Assembly (NCBI GenBank): GCA_001774685.1
Contig: MFAS01000001.1
Span: forward strand, 91,489-155,488
Direction of reading: 5' to 3'
DNA length: 64,000 nucleotides
Origin: Candidatus Collierbacteria bacterium RIFOXYD2_FULL_45_13
GTDB taxonomy: Bacteria > Patescibacteriota > Microgenomatia > UBA1400 > MFAQ01
Below the pieces are notes generated by a model. That model saw nothing but the letters and a program-made list of their open reading frames with translations, had not been told where the DNA came from and ran no database searches. Made by a program: the position numbers and the translations under genes. Shown in pieces: positions 1-10,335 of the stretch. Numbering within the stretch: the first letter of the stretch is position 1; each line of letters opens with the position of its first letter.

Positions 1-2124
1 CTCTTGATAAGGCATCTGCGAATAAGCCGCATCGAAAGCCGGCAAGAAAGACATTCCCCCAATCAAGTTTCTGTGTTCCCAGACCCATTTGATTAGGTCA
101 ATTACCTCATCCGGGTGATAGGTTATGGTTACACTCGGGTTGTGTTCGGTCCAATTTATTTTATTTTTCAACCAATACTCACACTGCGCCGTTGCGGAAA
201 AGCTTTTTCTGGTTACCGCCCCGTCTGGAGACTTAACCGGAAAATGGATTACCCATGTATTTGCTGACTCCAAAGTTTGTCCGTTTTCCGGATCCATCGG
301 CACTCCTCCAGACTTTAGTACTTTAAATATCGAAGAATGAGTACTCACTCTTATGTTCCTCACGTAATACGGAGACCACCTTGCATGGATTCCTGATGAA
401 CAATTAAAGAGTTGCGAGGAGTTTCCTGATGGTTTGACACAAGTCACGGCTGCAGCTTGGTTGATCCCCAGTTTTTCTGCAACCTCCCTGTTAGTTTCTA
501 TGGCCACCTGTCGCAATCTATTTTGAACCGCGGAGTCTTGAGCTACCGGGCTGTCCATCTGACCGTTAATATCCACTCCCAAGAGCCTTTCCTCCTCACA
601 ATTATTCTTCCAAGCAGGTCTGAGCCCTGAAAAATTGGTCGCCATTGCCTGTATCGTCCCAATTATCGAGGCCACTTCAACTTTGTCTTTCAATGTCTCA
701 TAGGTGTCTTCTCTTCTGGCAATGGCAATCGAAAGATTACAAAACTCATAAGGCCTAAGGATTATTTCTCCACAAGGATTTGTACCAAATTCCGCCGGCG
801 CCCTCCTGGCAGGCCTCATATCAAGAGCTGATTGACGGTTAAAAATACCGGGTTCCCCTCGGCCGGATTTAACTATCTCCAACATTTGTTTGGTTACCTC
901 CAGCTGGGTCAAGCCGGACAACGGCCAAACGGCACTGTTGTTGGCGTTCCATCGCTGACTATTATCTCGTTCAAAGTCCCCGGATTTTGAGTCCCACATT
1001 TCCTTGTCATCAAAGTCAAAGAGAGATATCATCGCAGTTCGCCTCATTCCTCCGGAAACAGCCGCATTCCCCACCTCACACATAATATCGTGCGCATCAA
1101 TGGCTCTAAGGAAACTCCCCTGTCTTGTAAAAATCCTCTCTCTTACAAACTCCATCATTTTCCGCAAAGGTTCTGGGCCTGAAGACCTCCCTCCCTTGGT
1201 TCGCAGTATTGCGCCTGCTGGACGAAGTGCCGAATAATCAAACTTTATGTCCCCTCCATCAAACCAAGTATGCAGACCGGTTCTCAAGGCGTCTGCCCAC
1301 CCCTCGGTCGAATCTTCAATCAACATCTGTTTTGTTTCCAACCCATCCTGTCGCTTAACCCGGGGCAGGTTTTCTACGTATCGATTCTCTACCGAAAATC
1401 CAACCCCACAACCATTCATTGAAATTATTAGCGCCTCGACGAAAGAATCTATGCTATCCACCGGTTGGTAAGAACAATTGTAGATACTGATATTGTTTCT
1501 TCTCGCCGCCGGTCCGGCCATAGCCAGGAGCCTCATTGATGGAGTGGCTTTCATTTCCAGTATTGAATTCCTGATTCTCTTGTAAACTCCAGACTCCAGT
1601 TTTCCCCCGGATAACTCACGTAAGAAATCCACCGACCGATCAACTGTTTCCTTCCACGTCTCCCTCCTACCTAAATCGTAATTAAATCTTGAATATTTAT
1701 CAAAAAACTGGAACTTCTGAATCTGATTTTCAAAATAAACATCGCTTTCGGAAAACGCCTTGGCCACTTCTTTCGGAATCGGCCGCGAATCCCTCAACTT
1801 GGCATGTTCAACTCTATAAATAATATAGTTCTTGGCGGCCTCAAACTCGCCTGCCGCTTGCAACACCAGTTCGACTGTATCCTGAACCTGCTCCACTGTT
1901 GGTTTTGTGTATTTTGCTCCGATAATATTCACTACCCGCTGTGCTAGTTCACCCACTGGAGTCAATGGGTTCTTACCAAGATCCTCAAAGCATGAAGAAA
2001 TCGCCTTCTCAATTTTCTGTATTTCAAAAGGGACCACCCGTCCATCTCTCTTCACAATAGTCTTGGGAAACTCTATCTTGATCCTGTCGATCTTCTTTGT
2101 GGTATTTATTTTGCTTTTTCTCAT
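1..2124 (-). CDS. nrdJ: Class II (B12-dependent) ribonucleoside-triphosphate reductase with N-terminal ATP cone; 3' end runs off the window
   Basis: Manual minus-strand translation from ATG at 2124: IVKRDGRVVPFEIQKI (ATP cone), TPSMRLLAMAG, IYNCSY, GTNPCGEI, VTCVKPSGNSSQL. Not in the ORF track, presumably because no stop falls in the window. Confidence 0.9.
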   Translation of the reverse strand, partial: MRKSKINTTKKIDRIKIEFPKTIVKRDGRVVPFEIQKIEKAISSCFEDLGKNPLTPVGELAQRVVNIIGAKYTKPTVEQVQDTVELVLQAAGEFEAAKNYIIYRVEHAKLRDSRPIPKEVAKAFSESDVYFENQIQKFQFFDKYSRFNYDLGRRETWKETVDRSVDFLRELSGGKLESGVYKRIRNSILEMKATPSMRLLAMAGPAARRNNISIYNCSYQPVDSIDSFVEALIISMNGCGVGFSVENRYVENLPRVKRQDGLETKQMLIEDSTEGWADALRTGLHTWFDGGDIKFDYSALRPAGAILRTKGGRSSGPEPLRKMMEFVRERIFTRQGSFLRAIDAHDIMCEVGNAAVSGGMRRTAMISLFDFDDKEMWDSKSGDFERDNSQRWNANNSAVWPLSGLTQLEVTKQMLEIVKSGRGEPGIFNRQSALDMRPARRAPAEFGTNPCGEIILRPYEFCNLSIAIARREDTYETLKDKVEVASIIGTIQAMATNFSGLRPAWKNNCEEERLLGVDINGQMDSPVAQDSAVQNRLRQVAIETNREVAEKLGINQAAAVTCVKPSGNSSQLFNCSSGIHARWSPYYVRNIRVSTHSSIFKVLKSGGVPMDPENGQTLESANTWVIHFPVKSPDGAVTRKSFSATAQCEYWLKNKINWTEHNPSVTITYHPDEVIDLIKWVWEHRNLIGGMSFLPAFDAAYSQMPYQE

Positions 2125-2130
2125 TGGTTT

Positions 2131-2607
2131 TTAAACATGATTGGTAATTTTCGATGGAGCCGAAATAAACTGTTTGTATTCCTCAGCATTATTGAAATCC
2201 ATATACACACTGGCAAACCTCAAGTAAGCCAGTTCATCCAGCCGTTTTAGCCTATTCAAAACCATTTTTCCGATATCGCTGGACTTTATCTCCACCGCTT
2301 TTCTGTTCAACAGTCTGCACTCCACCTCATCAACCAAGTTTTCGATTTCTTCATCCGTAACCCTTCTTTTGTAACACGCCTTCCCTACACCCTTTAATAG
2401 TTTGTCGCGATCATACTGCTCAATCTTTCCACTTTTTTTAATCACCTTTAAGTCAATATTGACCACCTTCTCATGAGTCGTAAATCTCTTGTTGCATTTT
2501 TTACACTGCCTTCTCCTTCGCACCGCCTCTGATCCAGGGATTCCCCTGCTCTCCAGGACATTTGTATCATCGTTGTTGCAATATGGACATTTCATAAATA
2601 CACACAT
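2131..2607 (-). CDS. nrdR: Transcriptional repressor NrdR (start may be the ATG at 2595)
   Basis: MKCPYC...RRRRQCKKCNKRFTTHE zinc ribbon, ATP cone, AYLRFASVY; directly upstream of nrdJ. Confidence 0.95.
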   Translation of the reverse strand: MCVFMKCPYCNNDDTNVLESRGIPGSEAVRRRRQCKKCNKRFTTHEKVVNIDLKVIKKSGKIEQYDRDKLLKGVGKACYKRRVTDEEIENLVDEVECRLLNRKAVEIKSSDIGKMVLNRLKRLDELAYLRFASVYMDFNNAEEYKQFISAPSKITNHV

Positions 2608-2646
2608 TTAGTGTTGTCTTAAATCATCATCCACTACCCCTAGTAT
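2599..2646. promoter_or_regulatory. Possible tandem NrdR boxes
   Basis: CCACTACCCCTAGTAT (2631-2646) and TACACACATTTAGTGT (2599-2614) partly match acaCwAtATaTwGtgt; 32 bp apart, at the nrdR-nrdJ start. Confidence 0.4.
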
Positions 2647-2777
2647 GTCAACTCGTTCGCAAGATATCAGACTATTACACCAAGGCCGATTTCCGCAAAA
2701 TCTACTTCAAATAGACTCTCTCGTGATACAATTCCTCTATATTCTAGGTTTCGCACTCTAAACCGAAGGAGGCTCCT

Positions 2778-3398
2778 ATGCCCACAGATCCCGACATCGA
2801 AGAATGGCGACGAAAATATGTCGCCGAGAGAGACATCCTTGACCGAGCCATCCGATCCAAACAAGCAGCTGCACTTGAAAGTGCTCAGGCCGCCCTCAGT
2901 CACTATCTCCAACATACGGATCTGGATATGATTATCAGGACGGTTATTTACGATCTGCATCAGAAGTTTTCGGCCACCAAATTTTCTAAGAAGCAAATCC
3001 CTCTTGATGGAGAAATCGTCGAAGGTTTCACCCCCGTTTTCATTCTTGATCATCAAGGATTACCCGGGAGTCGAAAGCGTTTTGAGATTCCAGGGATGAG
3101 ATATCGCTTTTATATGGAACACAGAGAGTTAGTTATCACCGTCACTTTCTGTAAGAATGAGGCAGGTGCCATCTTTCCATACGTCCACCTCACCCACCGG
3201 GACGATAGAACACACCTCATAAACTGGGAAGCCAACCAGAATAACCCCGACAATCAACAACTCAATTTCTGGCTGATTGACCAGATCACCGGACTGATTT
3301 CCGGACAATATCCCCTGAATACGGCCAAAAACTGTGGAGTACCATTAGGCCAACATGCCTCGGTAACCCGGAGTTTTTATCCGGACGAAGACAGTTAG
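2778..3398 (+). CDS. Hypothetical protein
   Basis: 206-aa ORF with GAAGGAGG RBS and a downstream terminator; no family recognised. Confidence 0.65.
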   Translation: MPTDPDIEEWRRKYVAERDILDRAIRSKQAAALESAQAALSHYLQHTDLDMIIRTVIYDLHQKFSATKFSKKQIPLDGEIVEGFTPVFILDHQGLPGSRKRFEIPGMRYRFYMEHRELVITVTFCKNEAGAIFPYVHLTHRDDRTHLINWEANQNNPDNQQLNFWLIDQITGLISGQYPLNTAKNCGVPLGQHASVTRSFYPDEDS

Positions 3399-3407
3399 AC
3401 GCCCTGC

Positions 3408-3435
3408 AAACTCTCCCTCACGGGGGAGTTTTTTT
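3408..3435 (+). terminator. Intrinsic terminator
   Basis: AAACTCTCCC-TCAC-GGGGGAGTTT hairpin plus T-run between convergent genes. Confidence 0.7.
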
Positions 3436-3444
3436 GGGAAATAT

Positions 3445-4050
3445 CTATCCCAGTACGGCCAAGTTCATACCTACCCTAGCCAAAATTGATCCCGTCACAT
3501 TTCCTGTCTCTACCCTTATCCATGCATTAATTACTCCACTGGCACCGGTAAATAATATCACTCCCAGCATCTCTTGCATCCCTAGTCGATATACAAATAA
3601 TAAGATAGGAACTTTAATTATCGCGACCATCAACCCGATTATCAGCAAATTGACGGCTTTACCTTCCTGAATTTTTTCTAAATATCCGGCTGCAAAACCA
3701 CTAAAAACCAATTCCTCGGTCACCGCCGTTGCCAACACCATGCCTATCAAATTAATATCAAACTTTATTCCAGACAAGTCCAACCGCCTGATCAAAACAA
3801 AGTAGACGATTCCCATCATAACTCCCAGCAAAGAGGAGAACCCTGGTCCGCTTCCAAACATTTTAATCTTATTTGTACCCATTGATAATTGCCACCAAAA
3901 AAGTGGAACTAACCAGATTACCGGTTTAAACCAAAGCTCCTCTATCACCTCAGGGAGCCGCACGAAATATCGGAAAACACCCCAACAGATTAATAAGTAA
4001 ATATAGTAATACCAAAGCCGCTTCACAACTAAATAGTACCACACGGGCAT
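3445..4050 (-). CDS. CPBP/CAAX family intramembrane metalloprotease-like protein
   Basis: Multi-TM protein with AVTEELVFSG motif; later His motifs degenerate. Confidence 0.65.
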   Translation of the reverse strand: MPVWYYLVVKRLWYYYIYLLICWGVFRYFVRLPEVIEELWFKPVIWLVPLFWWQLSMGTNKIKMFGSGPGFSSLLGVMMGIVYFVLIRRLDLSGIKFDINLIGMVLATAVTEELVFSGFAAGYLEKIQEGKAVNLLIIGLMVAIIKVPILLFVYRLGMQEMLGVILFTGASGVINAWIRVETGNVTGSILARVGMNLAVLG

Positions 4051-4082
4051 GCCTCGCTAAAGGCGGGTATAATGGAACCATC

Positions 4083-6461
4083 ATGCCTGTAAGTCGAAAA
4101 GAAATTCTACGATCGATAGAAAAAAGTTACCATAAGATTATTGGATATCGCCACTTATCCATTCTACAAATATTTTTAATTATTTCCGGTCTTTTTTTAA
4201 TCACTCTTTTTTTCCTTCTGAAAGATGTTCCCAGTCCGGCCAAGCTGGTCAAGACCCCAGCCCCAGCAAGTACCAAAATTTTAGACCGAAACGGAAAGCT
4301 GCTTTATGAGGTTTACTCCGAGTACCGTCGAACACCAATTGCCTCAAAAGATATTCCCGAGTCTGTCAAAAAGGCTACCATTGCTATCGAAGATAAAAAC
4401 TTTTATCATCACCACGGCATTGACGTTACCGGAATTGTTCGGGCAGCTTTTAACGCCGTTACAAAAGGAAAGCGGCTTGCGGGAGGTTCTACCATTACAC
4501 AGCAACTTGTCAAAAACTCCTTACTCTCCGATACCCAGCGCACTCTAACCAGAAAAATCAGAGAGGCCATCCTGTCCCTCGCCACCGAATTCTATTACAC
4601 CAAAGATCAAATCCTCGAACTATACCTGAACTATACTCCATATGGGGGAACCACTTACGGAATTGAATCAGCCGCCCAAACATACTTTGGAAAATCCGCG
4701 AAAGATCTCAATTTGGCCCAATCCGCCCTACTGGCGGGACTACCCCAATCTCCCACTCGTTATTCTCCATTTGGTGCCAACCCGGAGTTAGCTATCAACC
4801 GTCAAGCAGAGGTCCTTCGCCGCATGCAAGAAGATGGATATATCACCAAGGAGCAAGCAGCCGCCGCCAAAAACGAAAAACTGGTTTTTGCCAAAAAAAA
4901 TATTTCTATTAACGCGCCGCATTTCTCACTTATGGTCAGAGACAGCCTCGTCCAAAAATACGGCGAGGACAAAGTCAATCTCGGCGGATTGAGAGTGACC
5001 ACCACTCTTGATTTAGACTTGCAAAATTATGTTCAAGCTTCTTTATCCGCCGAAATGGGTAAAATCGCCAAGTTAAAGATTAGTAATGGAGCAGCTATAG
5101 TCACTCATCCAAACACCGGTGAGATATTGGCCTTAGTCGGATCAAAAGATTATTATGACGATTCTATCGACGGTCAAGTAAACGTTGTCACCTCCTTGCG
5201 CCAACCAGGATCGTCAATTAAACCACTTAACTATGCCACCGGGCTATTAAATGGTTGGCCCGCCAGCACAACCTACCTGGATATTCCCACCTGTTTTAAT
5301 GTCATCGGTCAAAAACAATATTGTCCCAAGAACTATGACAATACTTTTAGAGGACCTGTTTCCATGAGACAGTCCCTGGCTAACTCTCTAAACATTCCGG
5401 CTGTAAAAATGTTGGCCTTAAACGGCGTAGACTCTTTTATCGCCACCGCCTCCGCCATGGGCATCTCCTCTTGGACAGATCAAAGCCGTTTCGGACTCTC
5501 ACTCACCCTTGGGGGCGGGGAGGTGACCATGTTTGACATGGCCAAAGCCTTCAGCACCTTTGCCAATCAAGGCGTCACCGTTCCTTTAGTTTCGGTTCTC
5601 AAGGTGGAAACGTTTGACGGGCAAACTCTGGAGGAATTCCAACCAGAAAAAACAGCCAACCTGGTTTCCGTCATGCCTCTCAAATGGCCGGATTTCTGGC
5701 AATCCCAAAAACTCCCTTCTCAGAACACCACGTCATCGGATCCAAAAGTAACCTTGCCCATTGAGGTTACTTTCATTATTTCAGATATATTAGCTGACAA
5801 CGGAGCAAGATCGGCCGCTTTTGGGTCCAGCAGCAAACTAGTTATTCCGGGGCACACAGTCTCTGTTAAGACGGGCACCACCAACGACTTAAAGGACAAC
5901 TGGACAATTGGTTATACCCATGACTACTTAGCCGCCACATGGGTAGGTAACAATGACAATTCCTCCATGAGCTACGTGGCTTCTGGTGTTACAGGAGCTT
6001 CACCTATCTGGAACACCATCATGAAAAAGGTTTTACAGAACGTCAAAGACAAGCCACTCTCCAAACCAGAGGGGATTATAAACTACCAGGTGTGTAATCT
6101 CACCGGATTCCTAGCCCAACAAGAAAACCAGTGCGAATCCCATTCCGAATATTTTATCAACGGCGTCTTACCTCTCGGACAAAGTAATTACCCCACCAAA
6201 AAACAAGTCTGGGTCAGACGCTCTGATAAATACCCGATATTACCTGGTGATGAAACTATTGATCGAGACTTAGAAGAACACACCGTAGTTTCGGACCCAT
6301 TTACTCAGGATTTTTGTTTGGATTGTACCTACCCGGTAGACGATAAAGGACATATCCAGTGGCCACCAACTGTCATTGATTACTCAAAGTTCCAGTATCG
6401 AACCATTACTCCGTACAATTACATGCCGGCTCTATCACCAACAAATGCTCCGCAAAATTAG
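4083..6461 (+). CDS. Class A penicillin-binding protein (PBP1A family)
   Basis: IEDKNFYHHHG and GGSTITQQLVKN (GT51); RQPGSSIKP, SLNIPAV, KTGT (transpeptidase). Confidence 0.95.
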   Translation: MPVSRKEILRSIEKSYHKIIGYRHLSILQIFLIISGLFLITLFFLLKDVPSPAKLVKTPAPASTKILDRNGKLLYEVYSEYRRTPIASKDIPESVKKATIAIEDKNFYHHHGIDVTGIVRAAFNAVTKGKRLAGGSTITQQLVKNSLLSDTQRTLTRKIREAILSLATEFYYTKDQILELYLNYTPYGGTTYGIESAAQTYFGKSAKDLNLAQSALLAGLPQSPTRYSPFGANPELAINRQAEVLRRMQEDGYITKEQAAAAKNEKLVFAKKNISINAPHFSLMVRDSLVQKYGEDKVNLGGLRVTTTLDLDLQNYVQASLSAEMGKIAKLKISNGAAIVTHPNTGEILALVGSKDYYDDSIDGQVNVVTSLRQPGSSIKPLNYATGLLNGWPASTTYLDIPTCFNVIGQKQYCPKNYDNTFRGPVSMRQSLANSLNIPAVKMLALNGVDSFIATASAMGISSWTDQSRFGLSLTLGGGEVTMFDMAKAFSTFANQGVTVPLVSVLKVETFDGQTLEEFQPEKTANLVSVMPLKWPDFWQSQKLPSQNTTSSDPKVTLPIEVTFIISDILADNGARSAAFGSSSKLVIPGHTVSVKTGTTNDLKDNWTIGYTHDYLAATWVGNNDNSSMSYVASGVTGASPIWNTIMKKVLQNVKDKPLSKPEGIINYQVCNLTGFLAQQENQCESHSEYFINGVLPLGQSNYPTKKQVWVRRSDKYPILPGDETIDRDLEEHTVVSDPFTQDFCLDCTYPVDDKGHIQWPPTVIDYSKFQYRTITPYNYMPALSPTNAPQN

Positions 6462-7662
6462 CTGGTTCTTTCTTATCCTTGGACTGCTTCTTGGTAGCGT
6501 CACCACTTATGCCGTGTGGCGAAACACCCTGCCCCTTGTTAGCCCGATTGCCCTAATCGAAGTTATTACCGGCAATGCTCCTTCATCAAAGTCCAAAAAG
6601 ATTGTTTATGGCTTTTTTCCATATTGGAACCTAAAATACGTGAACGAGCTCAATATTAGCCAGCTTACTCATTTTGCCTATTTTGCCGTCGACCTTAACC
6701 CAGATGGAACCATAAACAAAATAAACTCCAAAAAGGAACAAGAGCCTGGCTGGAACAAGCTAAACTCCAGCTCTTACAACAAACTTCATTATCAAACCAA
6801 ACTGCTGGGGCAAAAAAGTGCCCTCACGGTGACTGCCATGGATCAGGAACTAATCGACTCCCTCACAAACAACCAGCTTACATCCAAAACCGCAGTCAAG
6901 TCTATTATCGAGGTTTATCAGGAAAAAAAATTCGATGACATCAATGTCGATTTTGAATATATCGGAACACCTCTCCAGTCCACCAGAGACGGATTCTCTT
7001 TCTTTGTCCGGCACCTCAAGGAATCTTGTCTCACCGTCAATGCAAAATGTCAGGTCGATGTCGACATCTTTGCCGACTCGGCCGAAAAGTATCGTTTGTG
7101 GGATCTCGCGTCACTGAACCAAACTGTCGACCATTTCATTGTCATGGCCTATGACTACTATCGCAAGAATTCAACTCAGTCTGGCCCGGTAGCCCCGATA
7201 ACCGGGAAATGTAATTCAACCACCGCCCACGGCTATCCTTGTTTAGAGCAAGATATAGTTACCCATCTCTCCCAGATCACCAAGATATTACCTTCAGAGA
7301 AAATACTTCTCGGTATTCCTTTTTACGGCTATGAGTGGCAAACCGCAGGAACGGAATATCTCTCCAACACCTATGCAAAAACCGGATCAATGGCGAGTTA
7401 TCAAAGGATCCAGTCGCTATTTTCCGACCCCACAGTCTCCTCTTTGTCCGCGCAATGGTCAAGCGTTTCACTTAGTCCGTATATAACCTACACAAAAAAC
7501 GACAAAACTTTCCAGATTCAGTTTGAAAACGCTCAATCACTTGAACAGAAGATCAAATTGATAAAATCGGCCAATCTTGGAGGCATCGCTATTTGGGCAC
7601 TCGGTTATGAAACGCCTTTCAACGATCTGTGGCAGCCGATAAAAGATCTCTCCGCTCCCTAG
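6376..7662 (+). CDS. Glycoside hydrolase family 18, membrane-anchored (true start probably the ATG near 6445)
   Basis: FDDINVDFEY catalytic motif, VMAYDY, LGIPFYG, LGGIAIWALG. Confidence 0.88.
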   Translation: MITQSSSIEPLLRTITCRLYHQQMLRKISWFFLILGLLLGSVTTYAVWRNTLPLVSPIALIEVITGNAPSSKSKKIVYGFFPYWNLKYVNELNISQLTHFAYFAVDLNPDGTINKINSKKEQEPGWNKLNSSSYNKLHYQTKLLGQKSALTVTAMDQELIDSLTNNQLTSKTAVKSIIEVYQEKKFDDINVDFEYIGTPLQSTRDGFSFFVRHLKESCLTVNAKCQVDVDIFADSAEKYRLWDLASLNQTVDHFIVMAYDYYRKNSTQSGPVAPITGKCNSTTAHGYPCLEQDIVTHLSQITKILPSEKILLGIPFYGYEWQTAGTEYLSNTYAKTGSMASYQRIQSLFSDPTVSSLSAQWSSVSLSPYITYTKNDKTFQIQFENAQSLEQKIKLIKSANLGGIAIWALGYETPFNDLWQPIKDLSAP

Positions 7663-7734
7663 TCTTTTTGATTTCCCGGATCTATAATTAAAATAGTTCG
7701 CGTTGCACCCTTTCCCAAAAAAAACTGTTGATCC

Positions 7735-10020
7735 ATGGTCAAAAAGAAAGCAGCTCCAAAAAACAACTTTCTCACCTTCTTTGGTCGTCCTGTCTTCAAT
7801 TTTCTCCTTACTTCACTTTCTATCATTGGCCTTGCTCTCATTCTACTCGATCAACTAATCTCCAAAACGGTTATTGCTCTGAAATCTGTTTGGAAAGGCC
7901 TTTGTCTCAAGGACGCATTATTTTCCAAATTTCACCTTGATTTTTTGCACCGACCCAGAATCAACATTCGTAAAAGTCTGTTTCTTGTGTCATTACTTTG
8001 TCTATCTTTTCTCGTTTATTTCGACATATTCCGAACTCTTCCAAACCCCAAAACCCTCTCACAGTTCCCCTCAAAATTAACGACCCAGATACTCGATAGA
8101 AATGGTATCGTGCTGTATAAAATTTACAAAGATGAAAACAGAACCCTCATCAGTCTAAGTACTCTTCCCAAACATGTCACAGAGGCTTTTCTTTCAGCCG
8201 AAGATAAAGACTTTTACACCCACAAGGGGTTCTCCCTTCCGGGACTTCTTCGTGCCTTATATAGAAACACCTTCGATGATAGGCTGGAGGGTGGATCAAC
8301 TATTACTCAACAGTTAATAAAAAACACCATCCTTACTCCGGAAAAAACCCTTGTCCGGAAGATCAAAGAAATCATTTTGGCCGTCAAAGCCGAACGTCTT
8401 TTTTCAAAAGACAAAATCTTCGAAATGTACCTCAACCAAGTCGGCTTTGGGGGGCCGGCATATGGGATCCAAGAGGCAGCCCGCCAGTACTTCGATACTG
8501 ATGCTAAAGATCTCGATCTTGCTCAGGCAGCATATCTAGCCGGACTTACCAGAGCACCCAGCAAATACTCTCCCTATGGGGATCAACCAAGTTTGGCACT
8601 CTCCAGACAGCAATGGGTTCTCAGGCAAATGGCCAAAGACGGCTTTATATCCACCGCGGAACTCTCTGAAGCACTAAACAAAAAACTGGATTTTCAATCT
8701 GCCAAAATTGAAATCAAGGCACCCCATTTTGTCATGCTGGTGAAGAGTCTTCTTGTTGACCAGCTTGGCGAAAACGAGGTAACCCAAGGGGGTCTAAAGG
8801 TTTACACTACACTCGATTCAAAACTCCAAACTCAAGTACAAAACATCGTAACCTCAGAAATTGAAAAGCTAAAATCTCTAAATGTTGGGAACGGCTCGGC
8901 TTTGGTAACCAATCCCAAAACCGGTGAAGTACTGGCCATGGTCGGCTCTATTGATTACTTTAATCTTAAGCAGAATGGTCAGGTCAATCTCACTATGGCC
9001 TTAAGACAACCGGGAAGTTCCATTAAGCCACTAAATTATGCATTGTTTTTTGAGAATGGTAACGGACCAGGAACCATAGTAGATGATAAACCAATCACGG
9101 TCCACCTTTCCGGTCAGGATTCATGGACGCCCAAGAACTATGATGGAAAATTCCACGGCACGATTACCTTAAGACAAGCGCTAGCCAGTTCATACAATAT
9201 TCCCTCAGTCCTTCTCCTTGCACAAAATGGGCCTGCTAACTTTGCCCGTTTTGCCCAAAGTCTCGGAATTACCTCCTGGAACGACGCCTCACGTTATGGC
9301 CTGTCCATGGCTCTCGGAAGTTTGGAGGTACGAATGGTAGATATGGCCACCGCTTATTCTGCGTTTGCGAACCAAGGCATCAGAACTCCATTGAACACTA
9401 TCATAAAAGTCGAAAGGTCAAATGGAAAGATCCTTCGTCTTTCCGGCTGCCCATCATACAACAAAAGTGTGGCAGAAAGTCCGACGGCAAATGCTGAAGA
9501 TCATAGCTGTAACCCCAAAAAGTCCATCTCTTCCGTTACAGCCTATTTGATTTCTGATATATTAAGTGACGATATTGCCAGGAGCCCCGCGTTTGGTACG
9601 AATTCAGTTCTTAATATCAAATCAGCCAAAGTCGCCGTCAAAACTGGTACCAGTAATAATTTGAAGGATAATTGGGCCATTGGCTACTCTCAAAATTTTC
9701 TTGTCGCCACCTGGGTCGGCAACAACGATAGTACTCCCATGTCCCAAATTGCATCCGGTATCACCGGAGCCTCTCCTATCTGGGCCAAAATTTTTTATCA
9801 GATACTAGCCACCAACCAGGAACCCAGGAATCTTATCCAGCCGGAAGACCTCATCAAGGTTCCAATATGCCTTCTTACCGGCACTCTCACTTGTACTGGT
9901 TGCCCAACCAGAATCGATTACTTCATCAAGGGTACAGAGCCAAAGCTTGCCTGCGATCCGGCTGACATCGATCGTCGTCTTCACCCATCACCATCACTCA
10001 TCAATGCTCCCCGGATTTGA
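7735..10020 (+). CDS. Second class A penicillin-binding protein
   Basis: AEDKDFYTHKG, GGSTITQQLIKN, RQPGSSIKP, SYNIP, KTGT. Confidence 0.95.
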   Translation: MVKKKAAPKNNFLTFFGRPVFNFLLTSLSIIGLALILLDQLISKTVIALKSVWKGLCLKDALFSKFHLDFLHRPRINIRKSLFLVSLLCLSFLVYFDIFRTLPNPKTLSQFPSKLTTQILDRNGIVLYKIYKDENRTLISLSTLPKHVTEAFLSAEDKDFYTHKGFSLPGLLRALYRNTFDDRLEGGSTITQQLIKNTILTPEKTLVRKIKEIILAVKAERLFSKDKIFEMYLNQVGFGGPAYGIQEAARQYFDTDAKDLDLAQAAYLAGLTRAPSKYSPYGDQPSLALSRQQWVLRQMAKDGFISTAELSEALNKKLDFQSAKIEIKAPHFVMLVKSLLVDQLGENEVTQGGLKVYTTLDSKLQTQVQNIVTSEIEKLKSLNVGNGSALVTNPKTGEVLAMVGSIDYFNLKQNGQVNLTMALRQPGSSIKPLNYALFFENGNGPGTIVDDKPITVHLSGQDSWTPKNYDGKFHGTITLRQALASSYNIPSVLLLAQNGPANFARFAQSLGITSWNDASRYGLSMALGSLEVRMVDMATAYSAFANQGIRTPLNTIIKVERSNGKILRLSGCPSYNKSVAESPTANAEDHSCNPKKSISSVTAYLISDILSDDIARSPAFGTNSVLNIKSAKVAVKTGTSNNLKDNWAIGYSQNFLVATWVGNNDSTPMSQIASGITGASPIWAKIFYQILATNQEPRNLIQPEDLIKVPICLLTGTLTCTGCPTRIDYFIKGTEPKLACDPADIDRRLHPSPSLINAPRI

Positions 10021-10049
10021 CGACAAGTAGATACCTTATCTTGAGTTCT

Positions 10050-10334
10050 CTACAATTTATACTCTACGTAATTCTTCCATTCCGGTTTAGGCATTTCAAT
10101 TTTTGGAACTCCGGATTTGAACTCAGGCAGTCCAAATCTAAAATCTTTCATTCTTGGCCACATCCAAAAAAAGAACGTCATTCCCAAGACAAACAATAAC
10201 GTCCAAAACACTATCTTTCTATCCGCAGACCTCTCTTCCTTGGTTTTTTTTCGTTTTGCGCGTTTGCCAGGATGATCTCCCGTGTTGTCATCCTCATCAG
10301 AGGGAACCTCCAGTAGTCTTTCTTCGTCATTCAT
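10050..10334 (-). CDS. Small single-TM hypothetical protein
   Basis: 94 aa, one hydrophobic segment, abuts the upstream dehydrogenase. Confidence 0.6.
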   Translation of the reverse strand: MNDEERLLEVPSDEDDNTGDHPGKRAKRKKTKEERSADRKIVFWTLLFVLGMTFFFWMWPRMKDFRFGLPEFKSGVPKIEMPKPEWKNYVEYKL

Positions 10335-10335
10335 A

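Noticed and set aside
125-2134. Short + strand ORFs at the window start
   Set aside because: Antisense to nrdJ, which is open on the minus strand in the segments I translated.
2667-3056. 129-aa minus-strand ORF
   Set aside because: Overlaps the better-supported + strand ORF 2778-3398, which has an RBS and a terminator.
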